Positions 1 through 9,106 of a stretch of DNA of 54,658 nucleotides are shown here, piece by piece. Source of the DNA: Clostridia bacterium (lineage in GTDB: Bacteria > Bacillota > Clostridia > Oscillospirales > Acutalibacteraceae); the NCBI GenBank assembly GCA_017623315.1, contig JAGAPJ010000012.1, positions 1 to 54,658 on the forward strand, given 5' to 3'. The first letter of the stretch is position 1. Every line of letters begins with the position of its first letter. The notes under the pieces were generated by a model. That model was given only the letters and a program-made list of their open reading frames with translations, searched no databases and was not told the origin of the DNA. The position numbers and the translations under genes were made by a program.

Positions 1-237
1 AACCCAAGCCTTCCCCAGCGGGGAAGGTGGCGCCGTTAGGCGACGAATGAGGAGAGCATTAAAGCACTTTCTTAACAATATTCTCCTCATCCACCAACCT
101 TGCGGTTGGTCTGACGGACCCGTCTCTCTCTGTCACTTCGTGACATCTCTCTCGCACTGCGAAAGAGTCTTCCCCTTCTCCGTTGGAGAAGGCTTTTGTC
201 TGTACAATACGCTCGGGCCAATAAACTATAATTTGAA
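1..237. repeat. Nested-palindromic GC-rich intergenic element, copy C (left end cut by window edge)
   Basis: Hairpins at 9-27 (ccttcccc/ggggaagg), 47-90 (atgaggaga/tctcctcat with AT-rich loop), 94-109, 132-144 and 174-192. Ends with tgtacaat...aataaactataatttgaaaa, like the copies at 24779, 39389 and 49917. Confidence 0.8.
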
Positions 238-243
238 AATATG

Positions 244-275
244 AAAAAACCTCGGTAGATATTTCTACCGAGGTT
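244..275 (-). terminator. Rho-independent terminator of secDF
   Basis: 11-bp stem acctcggtaga/tctaccgaggt (249-259/264-274), followed by a T-run on the minus strand. Confidence 0.85.
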
Positions 276-291
276 AATGTTAATATTGAAA

Positions 292-1221
292 TTATTTTTT
301 GCCTTTTGCAATGCGGCGGCGTCTCCAAATAACCCAAAGGGGACCGGAAACGAAGAGAGATGATACAGCACCGGATAAAAGACCGAATACCATGGGAATG
401 GCAAAGGTGCGAAGGCTTGTAAGACCATAAATTTCTGAAACAGCAATAATAGTTGTAACAGCCAAAAGGGTTGTAGCGGTAGTAACAATGTTACGAATAA
501 CAACGGTGTTAATGCTGGTGTTTACAAGCTGACCAATTTCCATATCGGGATTGTACTTTTTGTTTTCGCGGATACGGTCATAAATAACGATGGTGTCGTT
601 AAGTGAATAGCCGAGCATTGTAAGTACAACTGCAATATAGTTAGAGTCGATTTGAAGTCTGAAAATAACACAAACAAAGAATGTGATAAGCACGTCGAAC
701 ACAAGTGAAACAAGTGCTGTAATACCTGCCGATACACCACCGATTCTTCTAAAGCGGATACCAACGTAAATTACAACCAATACAGCGGTAATTAAAACGG
801 CAACCAAGCTTTTAGCAAAGAACGAGCCTGCAACCGAAGGAGAAACCGAGTTAGAGTCGTAAAGTTCAATTTTATTGTCCTTGAATTTTTCAACTAAGGC
901 TTTTGTCATAGCTTCTTGTGTTTTTGCAGATAAGGCATTTTTGCCTGAAAGTGAAATTTCAAAGGTTTGGGTATCGCCTGCAAGAGAGGTAGACTTTCTT
1001 AAATTGTATTCCTTTTTAATGTGCTGGTCAACAATAGCTTCAATATCCTTGTCGGCAAGCTCACCTGTGTAGGAATAAGAAACCTTAGCACCGCCCGAGA
1101 AGTTAATATCAAGCTTAACGCCAAATATTACAGACCACAAAATACCGATAACGAAAATTGCAAGGTAAACAATTAAAATGGGTTTTAATGCTTTATTAAA
1201 ATCAATATTAAACTTACGCAT
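292..1221 (-). CDS. secF: Protein translocase subunit SecF
   Basis: 309 aa, six-TM SecF-type sequence. Overlaps secD by 8 nt. Confidence 0.93.
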   Translation of the reverse strand: MRKFNIDFNKALKPILIVYLAIFVIGILWSVIFGVKLDINFSGGAKVSYSYTGELADKDIEAIVDQHIKKEYNLRKSTSLAGDTQTFEISLSGKNALSAKTQEAMTKALVEKFKDNKIELYDSNSVSPSVAGSFFAKSLVAVLITAVLVVIYVGIRFRRIGGVSAGITALVSLVFDVLITFFVCVIFRLQIDSNYIAVVLTMLGYSLNDTIVIYDRIRENKKYNPDMEIGQLVNTSINTVVIRNIVTTATTLLAVTTIIAVSEIYGLTSLRTFAIPMVFGLLSGAVSSLFVSGPLWVIWRRRRIAKGKK

Positions 1222-2599
1222 TTTTCTTACCTCCGTACAAAGCGGGATTTCTCAAGAATTTTGCTTTTGAGATGCTCTTAATCATAATTCTGGAAGCAAG
1301 AACGCCCATGATGAGATTAAAGATAGTACCTACTAACAAGGTGTAACCGAAGGAGTAGATAGAACCTGTGATAGATGTGCCGAAAAGTGACATTAAGGGT
1401 GAGAATACCTGTGCTAATAAGCTGTCAGGTGTACCGAAAGCGCCCATAAGTACAATAGAAACGATTACGATGGTAACGTTACCGTCGATAATTGCGCTAA
1501 GTGAGTTCTTATAACCTGAATCAATAGCACCGTCAATGGTCTTGCCCTTTTCGAATTCGTCACGAATACGTTCAGCAGCAATAACGTTACAGTCAACGCC
1601 CACACCGATAGAAAGGATGATACCTGCAATACCGGGGATGGTAAGTGTAAAGCTTTCAAAGCCGGGGAAGTAGCCTGAAATACAAGCAATCGAGCCTGCA
1701 AGCTGACCTAAAAGTGCGATTGCAGCAACAAAACCGTTAAGGCGGTAGCGGGCAATCATAAGTAAGCAAACAAGTGCAAATGCGATAGAGCCCGCAATAA
1801 CCATTACGTTAAGTGCGTCGTTACCAAGTGTTGGTGAAATAACCTGAAGCTTGCTGTCGTCAACGGTTAACGCAAAGGGAAGTGAGCCTGCATTAATTTT
1901 ATCGGCAAGTGCTTCTGCTTCTTCAGCACTGCCCATTCCTGTAATAACTGCTTTGCCGTCGGTAATTTGTTCGTTAACGGTTGGGGCTTGAATTTGTGTG
2001 TCGTCCATCCAAATAGAGATGGTTTTGCCCTTAAGCTCTTTAGTAGCGGTAGAAAATTTTTCCTTACCGCTATCTTTAAGTTCAAGCTGAACAACGTATT
2101 GACGTTGACCTAATTCAACCTCCTGATATGCGGGGGTTGCCTTTTTAACGTCAGCACCTGTTAAAATAACCTTTGAAGAATCTGTTTCTTTACAGAACTT
2201 TAAAAGTGCGGTTGCACCAAGTTCTTGTACGGCTGCAGCTGCATCAAAATCGCTTTCTTCAGCAGCCCAGGGGAAGCGAACGATAATTTGCTTATTGTTT
2301 TTGTCGGCGTAAACCTCATAGTCGGTGATGTTTTGGTTTACAAGACGGGTTTCAAGGATGGCTTTAGCGGCGTTAATATCGTCGTCGGTAATTTTAATGC
2401 CTTCCTTGTCGGGTGAAAATACAGCTTCAACACCGCCGCGGATATCAATACCCCAACGAATGTCGTCTGCACCCTTAAAATAAACTAATTCGGTGTCGCC
2501 ATAGTAGTTTTTAACACCAAAGAAAGCGGTAAATGTTAACGCTAAAATTAGTGCGAGAACTACGAAAAACGGCACAATGCCTTTCTTTTTGGACTTCAT
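1214..2599 (-). CDS. secD: Protein translocase subunit SecD
   Basis: 461 aa with an N-terminal TM, a large periplasmic-type domain and a C-terminal SecD/SecF TM bundle. Confidence 0.93.
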   Translation of the reverse strand: MKSKKKGIVPFFVVLALILALTFTAFFGVKNYYGDTELVYFKGADDIRWGIDIRGGVEAVFSPDKEGIKITDDDINAAKAILETRLVNQNITDYEVYADKNNKQIIVRFPWAAEESDFDAAAAVQELGATALLKFCKETDSSKVILTGADVKKATPAYQEVELGQRQYVVQLELKDSGKEKFSTATKELKGKTISIWMDDTQIQAPTVNEQITDGKAVITGMGSAEEAEALADKINAGSLPFALTVDDSKLQVISPTLGNDALNVMVIAGSIAFALVCLLMIARYRLNGFVAAIALLGQLAGSIACISGYFPGFESFTLTIPGIAGIILSIGVGVDCNVIAAERIRDEFEKGKTIDGAIDSGYKNSLSAIIDGNVTIVIVSIVLMGAFGTPDSLLAQVFSPLMSLFGTSITGSIYSFGYTLLVGTIFNLIMGVLASRIMIKSISKAKFLRNPALYGGKKNA

Positions 2600-2664
2600 A
2601 GTAATCCTCCAATGATATGATATATGATTTATTATACTAAATTAAAAGCCTAAAGTCAATTAAT

Positions 2665-3936
2665 TTAATCTTTTAAAAGCTTTTCGAGTGCAGCATATTT
2701 AACTGCGGTGCAAAGCACTAAGGAAGCCTTTTCAATTTCGGCTACCGATGGGTAGGACGGTGCAATTCTTAAATTGCTGTTTTTGGGGTCATTACCATAT
2801 GGGTATGTAGCACCTGCGGGGGTTAAAATCATACCTGCGTTAGCACAAAGCTGTTCAACACGTTTAGCACAGCCTTCCATAACATCAAGGCTAATAAAGT
2901 AACCGCCCTTTGGTTTTGTCCAGGTTGCAATTTCCTTGCCTTTAAGGGTGCTAAGTGCATTTAAAACTGCTTCAAATTTGGGTCTTAAAATTTCAGCGTG
3001 CTTTCTCATATGTTCTCTAACAGCGTCAGCGTTTTCAAACACACGTGCGTGACGAAGCTGATTTAACTTATCAGGGCCAATGGTTTGGAATTTCATACGG
3101 CTTTTTAAAAGCTCAACGTTGTTGGGGCTGCCTGCTTCAACTGCAACACCTGCGCCGGGGAATGTAACCTTTGAAGAAGAGGTGAAAATTAAAGGTAAGT
3201 CGGGGTTGCCAGCCTTTACACATTCGCTGTAAATATTTAAAAGCTTGTCGCCATCATCATAAAGGTCGTGAATAACGTAAGCGTTATCCCAAAAAATTCT
3301 AAAGTCGCTGGCGGCGGGCTTTAAAGCAGCCATACGGCGTACAACTTCATCTGAATAGGTGTTACCAACAGGGTTAGAATATTTGGGGACGCACCAAATA
3401 CCTTTAACCGACGGGTCTTTAACCCACTGTTCAACCTCGTCCATATTTGGACCGTTTTCATCGCTTGAAATTGTAATAAGTTCAAAGCCAAAATATTGGG
3501 TAATGGCAAAATGTCTGTCATATCCGGGCGAAGGGCATAAGAACTTACGGTTTTTGCATTCGTACCAAGGCTCGCCGCCCATGCCGTGTGTCATTGCTTG
3601 GGCAACGGTGTCAAACATCATATTAAGTGATGAATTGCCGCCAACAATAATTTGGTTTTCTTCAAGCTCTAAAATATCGGCAAAAATTTTTTTCATTTCG
3701 GTAAGACCGTCAAGGCCTCCATAGTTACGGCAGTCAATACCGTCAATGTTTTTAAAGCCTGTATCGTTGCCAACAAGGTCAAACATTTTTTGGCTTATAT
3801 CCATATTATCAAAGCCGGGCTTACCGCGTGACATATCAAGCGATAAATGCATTGCGCGAAGCTTTTCGTATTCAGCTTTGACCGATGAAAACTCTGCTTC
3901 AAGCTCGGGCTTGGTCATTTGTAAATAACTTTGCAT
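2665..3936 (-). CDS. PLP-dependent aminotransferase (class I/II fold, aspartate-aminotransferase-like)
   Basis: The translation has aminotransferase-fold motifs (SSSKVTFPGAG, GGYFISLD). I moved the start to the ATG at 3936, which follows aaggag; the track ORF extends to 3999. Confidence 0.85.
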   Translation of the reverse strand: MQSYLQMTKPELEAEFSSVKAEYEKLRAMHLSLDMSRGKPGFDNMDISQKMFDLVGNDTGFKNIDGIDCRNYGGLDGLTEMKKIFADILELEENQIIVGGNSSLNMMFDTVAQAMTHGMGGEPWYECKNRKFLCPSPGYDRHFAITQYFGFELITISSDENGPNMDEVEQWVKDPSVKGIWCVPKYSNPVGNTYSDEVVRRMAALKPAASDFRIFWDNAYVIHDLYDDGDKLLNIYSECVKAGNPDLPLIFTSSSKVTFPGAGVAVEAGSPNNVELLKSRMKFQTIGPDKLNQLRHARVFENADAVREHMRKHAEILRPKFEAVLNALSTLKGKEIATWTKPKGGYFISLDVMEGCAKRVEQLCANAGMILTPAGATYPYGNDPKNSNLRIAPSYPSVAEIEKASLVLCTAVKYAALEKLLKD

Positions 3937-4023
3937 AAGTAAACAATCTCCTTTTTTCGTTAACCAATATATAATACTATATATTAGCAAATTTTGCAAG
4001 AGTTTTTAAAGTAAGAAATACAT

Positions 4024-4053
4024 AAAGACCGCACTTTTTAGGGTGCGGTCTTT
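4024..4053 (-). terminator. Rho-independent terminator after the parB/noc-like gene
   Basis: Stem aaagaccgcac/gtgcggtcttt. Confidence 0.75.
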
Positions 4054-4101
4054 ATGCTTTAAGGGGGGATGATTATGATAATTAAGAAAAAATCTTAATT
4101 T

Positions 4102-4935
4102 CTAGCAAATTTTAAGCTGTTCACAGTCGTTTCGTTCAGGTGTATTTTTTGAAATTCTCACTTTATATTCAATGTATTTATCGTTTTCATATTTACGGGT
4201 TTTAGCATTTAATCCTGCATTTTGTAAGGTATTTACTAATTTTGAAAGACTGTTGTAAAAAAGCCTAACGTCGCTTATTGCATATTTTCTAATTGGCTTT
4301 TCGGGAGGCAGTTCTTCTTGCTTAGGATTTAAAATATTTTCAATATATTCTTCGCTTTCCTTTAAATTTAAAGCGTTTGCAATAATATAGTTAAGGGCGT
4401 TTTCACGGTCGGTGCCATCAAGACGCAATAATGCACGGGCATGGCGTTCGGTAAGACGGGCGGTAATAATACGCTGGCGTTGATCGTCGTTTAACCTTAA
4501 AAGTCTTAATTTATTTGAAAGTGTAGACTGTGCTAAACCAAGGCGGGTGGCAATTTCAAGCTGTGGCATACCAAAGTGAACTATAAGGCGGTTTATGGCT
4601 TCTGCCTCTTCAAAAAAGGTTAAGTCCTGTCGCTGTAAATTTTCCATTATGGCATAGATTGCGGCGGTTTTATCATCGGTGTTATGTAATACACAGGGAA
4701 TACGGCGAAGCCCAACCATTTTAGCGGCGAGAAAACGGCGTTCACCCGCAATAATTTCATATTTACCGTCAATGCTTTTTCGCACTGCTAAGGGCTGAAT
4801 AATTCCGCTTGACTGAATACTGTCGGCTAAAAGCTTTAATTCATATTCGTCAAAGCTTTTTCGCGGTTGGTTTTTTGATGGCTTAATTTCACTTGGACGT
4901 AACATTAAAAGCTTCTTTTCCCATAGGGTGTACAT
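4102..4935 (-). CDS. ParB/Spo0J/Noc-family DNA-binding protein (Noc-like by its position after rsmG)
   Basis: ParB N-domain motif IIAGERRFLAAK and a following HTH (LEIATRLGLAQSTLSNKLRLLRL). Lies directly downstream of rsmG, as noc does in Bacillus. Confidence 0.85.
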   Translation of the reverse strand: MYTLWEKKLLMLRPSEIKPSKNQPRKSFDEYELKLLADSIQSSGIIQPLAVRKSIDGKYEIIAGERRFLAAKMVGLRRIPCVLHNTDDKTAAIYAIMENLQRQDLTFFEEAEAINRLIVHFGMPQLEIATRLGLAQSTLSNKLRLLRLNDDQRQRIITARLTERHARALLRLDGTDRENALNYIIANALNLKESEEYIENILNPKQEELPPEKPIRKYAISDVRLFYNSLSKLVNTLQNAGLNAKTRKYENDKYIEYKVRISKNTPERNDCEQLKIC

Positions 4936-5020
4936 TCTACCGCCTCCTATGTTTTAGTATAAAAACAGTAACGAATTTTGTAAAGAAAAACACGTCGTTA
5001 AAATTCGGCATAATAAAACA

Positions 5021-5048
5021 AAAACAGCCCGTTTATAAGGGCTGTTTT
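5021..5048 (-). terminator. Hairpin overlapping the rsmG stop codon
   Basis: Stem aaaacagccc/gggctgtttt. Confidence 0.6.
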
Positions 5049-5752
5049 GAAATATTTCCGCTGTTTCGGGGGTATTTTGGCGGTGTTTGCGATATTTTTT
5101 TAAATATTACAAAGGTTCTTGGGTCATTATTGGGGAGCTTTTCGCATATAATTTCGGGTTTTCCCATTTTTAAAACCTTAATTGCGTTATCACAAAGGGC
5201 AATCTCATCCTCGGCAGATGGACCTTTCATAGCAATAAATCTGCCGCCAACCTTTACAAACGGGGTGCAATATTCCATTAAAACAGGCATATTAGCAACC
5301 GCACGTGCACAGGCAATATCATACTTTTCGCGGTAAGTCGGGTTTTTGCCACCTTCTTCGGCACGGCTGTGAATTGCCTCAATATCGGTAAGGTCACATT
5401 TCTCGATAACATCCTTTAAAAAGGTAATGCGCTTATTTAAACTGTCAAGTAAGGTTACCTTTAAATCTTCACGCACAATTTTTAGCACAAGACCTGGGAA
5501 ACCCGCACCTGTACCCACATCAATAATAGAAGCACCAACGGGTACTTTGTTATGCTTAAAGAACAAAATACAGTCGTAAAAATGTTTATATAAAACATCC
5601 TCGGGCGCAGTTATGGCGGTGAGGTTTATTTTTTCGTTCCATTCGAGCAAAAGGTTGCCGTAAAGGTTAAGCTTTTTAATTTTTGTTTCATCCAACATGA
5701 TGCCAAATTCATTGCAAAGTGGGGAGATTTTTTCAATATTAAAATTAATCAT
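5033..5752 (-). CDS. rsmG: 16S rRNA (guanine527-N7)-methyltransferase RsmG (GidB)
   Basis: 239 aa with SAM motif IIDVGTGAGFPGLVLKI and a GidB-like overall sequence. Confidence 0.92.
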   Translation of the reverse strand: MINFNIEKISPLCNEFGIMLDETKIKKLNLYGNLLLEWNEKINLTAITAPEDVLYKHFYDCILFFKHNKVPVGASIIDVGTGAGFPGLVLKIVREDLKVTLLDSLNKRITFLKDVIEKCDLTDIEAIHSRAEEGGKNPTYREKYDIACARAVANMPVLMEYCTPFVKVGGRFIAMKGPSAEDEIALCDNAIKVLKMGKPEIICEKLPNNDPRTFVIFKKISQTPPKYPRNSGNISKQPL

Positions 5753-6428
5753 TATTTTCTCCTAAATAAGCTTCTAAACGATAAATTGGAAAGCCTTGGC
5801 TTGAAAAACGCGCTTCATATTCGGTAACGATATTACCCTCAAAATCGCTGTTATGAAGGTCAAAGGTAACGTTTTTAAGCGCAAAGCCCGACTGTGAAAA
5901 TTCCTCAATAGAAAATTCAAAAAAGTGCATATTGTCGGTCTTTTGGTGAATTTCAGCGCCGTTTTTTAAAAGCTCTTTATAAATTTTTAAAAATCTTCTA
6001 TGTGTTAAGCGGTGTGCGGCGTAGGCTTTTTTGGGGAACGGGCAGGAAAAATTAAGAAAAATTCGGTCAATGGTATTTGGTGCAATAAATCGGGGTAAAT
6101 ATTCTGCACTGCCACCGATAAAATATAAATTATTAATATTTTCTTTATTAGCGTTTTCGCAAGCGCCAACAATAACGTTTGCGGTTTTTTCCACAGCAAT
6201 TAAGTTGATTTCAGGGTGGCTTTTTGCATATTCACAGGCAAATTTACCCTTGCCACAACCAATTTCAAGGTAAATGGGGTTATCGTTTTTAAAAATTTCC
6301 CTAAAATTTATATATTCTTTTTCCTTAATTGCTGTGTTAAAGTTTCTATCATCAATATTTATAGTAAAAAGGTTATTGCTCACAGCCTCTAATCTTTCAT
6401 TTAAATATTTCTTTTTTCGCATTCTCAT
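5745..6428 (-). CDS. trmB: tRNA (guanine46-N7)-methyltransferase TrmB
   Basis: 227 aa with LEIGCGKGKF and FLNFSCPFPKK motifs typical of TrmB. Confidence 0.9.
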   Translation of the reverse strand: MRMRKKKYLNERLEAVSNNLFTINIDDRNFNTAIKEKEYINFREIFKNDNPIYLEIGCGKGKFACEYAKSHPEINLIAVEKTANVIVGACENANKENINNLYFIGGSAEYLPRFIAPNTIDRIFLNFSCPFPKKAYAAHRLTHRRFLKIYKELLKNGAEIHQKTDNMHFFEFSIEEFSQSGFALKNVTFDLHNSDFEGNIVTEYEARFSSQGFPIYRLEAYLGENND

Positions 6429-6454
6429 AAAATCACCAAGGGCATTATAACTTA

Positions 6455-6487
6455 AAACCCCGTTTTTTTCAAGTAAAAACGGGGTTT
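6455..6487 (-). terminator. Rho-independent terminator after the CARF-nuclease gene
   Basis: 13-bp stem aaaccccgttttt/aaaaacggggttt. Confidence 0.8.
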
Positions 6488-6491
6488 AAGG

Positions 6492-7694
6492 TTAAACAAA
6501 ATCCTTTATCATATTTATAAAATCATTTTCATTCATTAAATGCACGTTTTCAAAAAGGGCAATATCCATATCCTCGGCCCTTTTTCTGAAATATGCTGTG
6601 GCGGTGACGTCTTTGCCGTGATTAGTTGAAACAAGCACTTTTTTTGCATATTTACCGCCAAAACGACGGGCAACAGCGTCTAATTTATAAAGCTCGGCTT
6701 CCTCAATTTCGCCACCCTTACAGGAAATAAAAACAGGAACAAGATTTTTTATTAAAACACAGTCTATTTCATTTTTGGTGTCACCGGTTTTGCTACTGCC
6801 TATCTTTCCGTCCCAGTCGATAATAACGCTTCGTTTGGCATCGTTATAATATGGTGCGCCGTTTTGGTCTTTTATATCAATTGCGGTTTTATAAACCTTC
6901 ATTTCTAAAATATTGCCCGATTTTTCCAAAAGCTCCTTTGCAGTGCTGTTTTTAAATGAAAACTTAATTTCATTGCTTGTTATGTTTAAAAAGGTAATAA
7001 TACCGTCATTTTTTAAAAATTCCAAAAATTCAATAAGCCATTCGCTTGTGCGTTCATCCATTTCGCTGTTTTTGAATTCGGTAAGATTGATTTTTGCAAA
7101 AAGTTCGCGACTGTCACAGTCAAATTTCATTGCACGTTGCAAAAGTTTTACATTTGTGTTGTAATGTTTGTCTGTTTTAAAAACCGACCAAAGCGCCTCA
7201 ATAACAGGACCGGTTTGGTTATTAAGCGGTATTTCATCATTTTTGTTTTCAATAATCATACCGCCGTGAAGGGTTATTTGTTCATCTACCGAAAGGGAGG
7301 CGTTGGTGGACTTTTCGGTTTTTTCACCGTTTTGCCAGGAAACAAGACGGTTTTGGTTAATATGAAAGCGCTGTACGGTAATATTTTTAAAACGTTCTAC
7401 CATAACGCCCATTGCGGTAAGCAAAAGGTCCTCGCCGCCTGTTAAATCAAAGGTGATTTGGGTGTCACTTTTAGCGATGTCGCTTAAAATATCCACAAGG
7501 TTATATAAATCGCTTGTGTCGGTATAAATAAATTCGGCTTTGGTAGATGGCGATTTTGATTTTATAAAACGTGTATAAATATTTTCGCGCTTATCACTTT
7601 TATTACCTATAAATATTATTTTATCGGGGTGAAGGGTTAAAGCGCTAGCAATGTTTTCGGTAGGACAACGGTATAAAAATTCAACTGTGGTCAA
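6492..7694 (-). CDS. CARF-domain protein with a C-terminal PD-(D/E)xK-like nuclease domain (Card1/Can2-like, DUF1887-type)
   Basis: 400 aa. The N-terminal Rossmann-like region has DKIIFIG and FDLTGGEDLL (CARF TGG motif). The C-terminal region has GNILEMKVY ... NEIDCVLIKNLVPVFISCKGGE ... GGKYAKKVLVS, a restriction-endonuclease-like pattern. Confidence 0.65.
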   Translation of the reverse strand: MTTVEFLYRCPTENIASALTLHPDKIIFIGNKSDKRENIYTRFIKSKSPSTKAEFIYTDTSDLYNLVDILSDIAKSDTQITFDLTGGEDLLLTAMGVMVERFKNITVQRFHINQNRLVSWQNGEKTEKSTNASLSVDEQITLHGGMIIENKNDEIPLNNQTGPVIEALWSVFKTDKHYNTNVKLLQRAMKFDCDSRELFAKINLTEFKNSEMDERTSEWLIEFLEFLKNDGIITFLNITSNEIKFSFKNSTAKELLEKSGNILEMKVYKTAIDIKDQNGAPYYNDAKRSVIIDWDGKIGSSKTGDTKNEIDCVLIKNLVPVFISCKGGEIEEAELYKLDAVARRFGGKYAKKVLVSTNHGKDVTATAYFRKRAEDMDIALFENVHLMNENDFINMIKDFV

Positions 7695-7712
7695 GCCTTA
7701 CACTCCTAAAAA

Positions 7713-8114
7713 TTAATTTTTGTTAAAGCCTGTGAAAACGACCTCGGCAACCTTTGTGCCAAGCTCGTCGGTTATGTGAACGGTATAGTAGCAGGTGGCG
7801 CGGCCAAATTTAACACATTCGGCTCTTGCTATAAGTCGGTTGCCCTTTACAACACCTAAAAATGAAATAGTCGAGCTAAGGGATACGGTACGCATTATCT
7901 CGTGATTGGTAGCGACTGCAAAGGCAAAATCTGCGAGCATAAAGGGAACACCGCCCATAACTCCGCCTGCGGCGTTTTTGTGGGTGGGGCCGATTTTTAA
8001 GCTACAAACTGCCCAGTCCTCACCAACCTCGTCAATTACAGCGCCGTTTTCGGTCGCGAAACGGTCGGCTTTAAAAATTTCTCTTATTTCCTCAACGGTT
8101 TTCAATATATACAC
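7713..8114 (-). CDS. PaaI-family hotdog-fold thioesterase
   Basis: 133 aa with the HKNAAGGVMGGVPFMLADFAFA motif. Confidence 0.85.
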   Translation of the reverse strand: MYILKTVEEIREIFKADRFATENGAVIDEVGEDWAVCSLKIGPTHKNAAGGVMGGVPFMLADFAFAVATNHEIMRTVSLSSTISFLGVVKGNRLIARAECVKFGRATCYYTVHITDELGTKVAEVVFTGFNKN

Positions 8115-8135
8115 CTCTTAACCATTATTGCCCAA

Positions 8136-8816
8136 TTAGATTAAAACATAAAAGAAAACCGAAACAAATTGCAAAACGCTTCCTACCACAACGAAAAGGT
8201 GGAAGACCGAATGAATGTATTTTGTTTTCTTTTTAGCGGCAACGGCGTAAAATATTGCACCGATGGTATAAGCAATACCGCCTGCAAGCAGCCACCAAAA
8301 GCCTGCCGCATCCATAGCATTTAAAAGCGGCTTTAAAACAAAAAGCACGCACCAACCAACCGCAATATAGCAAACGTTTGAAAAAACGCTGTACTTTTTT
8401 AAATCAATGGCGTTAAAAACAACGCCTAAAATTGCCATTGCCCAGACAAAGCCGCAAAGCCCCCAACCAATGAATGCGTTATATTCGCGCAGGTTGCAAA
8501 GGGCAATAGGGGTGTAGGTGCCTGCTATCAAAATAAAAATAGCGCAGTGGTCTATTATCTGAAAAACCTTTTTGGCAGTTACGGGTACAAGCCCGTGGTA
8601 AATGCTTGACATGGTGTAAAGCACCACCATAGAAATGCCGTAAATAAATGCGCCTACAATTTGGTAAGCATCAAAATTTAAAAATGCCTTAATAATGCAA
8701 AGGGCGGCCATAATAACACCCAAACCGCCACCCGAAATGTGTGAAACCATATTAAAAATTTCTTCCCCACGGGTGTAAGGTGGAAGAATACGGTCTTTAA
8801 GCTTTGTTCTTTTCAA
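8136..8816 (-). CDS. Hemolysin III / PAQR-family membrane protein
   Basis: 226 aa, seven TM segments, SSIYHG and HxxxH-type motifs. TTG start. Confidence 0.85.
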   Translation of the reverse strand: MKRTKLKDRILPPYTRGEEIFNMVSHISGGGLGVIMAALCIIKAFLNFDAYQIVGAFIYGISMVVLYTMSSIYHGLVPVTAKKVFQIIDHCAIFILIAGTYTPIALCNLREYNAFIGWGLCGFVWAMAILGVVFNAIDLKKYSVFSNVCYIAVGWCVLFVLKPLLNAMDAAGFWWLLAGGIAYTIGAIFYAVAAKKKTKYIHSVFHLFVVVGSVLQFVSVFFYVLI

Positions 8817-8938
8817 AAATAGTACCTCGTTAGTAAAATTAACTGTTTTTAAGTAATAAAAATGATGTCGAAACTTGACAAATTAATTGACATAATTATT
8901 TACGAAAATTATTAACAACCAGGAAGTTTTTCAACTTG

Positions 8939-9034
8939 TTAACACAGTTATCCACCGAAAAACGCCCCAAAACCTTGATTTTTCGTTTTCAAGGTCTTAA
9001 AAGTGTTAATATTTCGGTGGATAAGTTGGATAAC
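8939..9034. promoter_or_regulatory. Inverted repeats carrying DnaA-box-like 9-mers
   Basis: ttatccaccgaaa (8948-8960) and tttcggtggataa (9012-9024) form a perfect 13-bp inverted repeat. A third box, gttatccaac, is the reverse complement of 9025-9034. ttaacac/gtgttaa lie at 8939-8945/9003-9009. A central 7-bp hairpin sits at 8972-8995. Confidence 0.45.
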
Positions 9035-9106
9035 TTTTATGGTTGCTTCGGTTTACATAAAACCATAAAATTGTAATTTTTTTACATTACGAAAAAACGA
9101 AACGCC

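Noticed and set aside
47-244. Track ORFs lying inside the repeat elements (47-244 plus; 24851-25045 plus; 39462-39659 minus; 39495-39722 plus; 59-337 and 87-503 minus).
   Set aside because: They coincide with palindromic repeat DNA, have no RBS, and show low-complexity Pro/Ser/Gly/Glu translations that arise from the hairpin stems. They partly overlap real genes or terminators.
4069-4098. Mini-ORF MIMIIKKKS / MIIKKKS behind a strong aagggggg Shine-Dalgarno-like run.
   Set aside because: It lies on the plus strand between two minus-strand genes, with no promoter or downstream gene that it could regulate. The G-run and an AT-rich hairpin (aattaaga/tcttaatt) are more simply part of the 3' region of the parB/noc-like gene.
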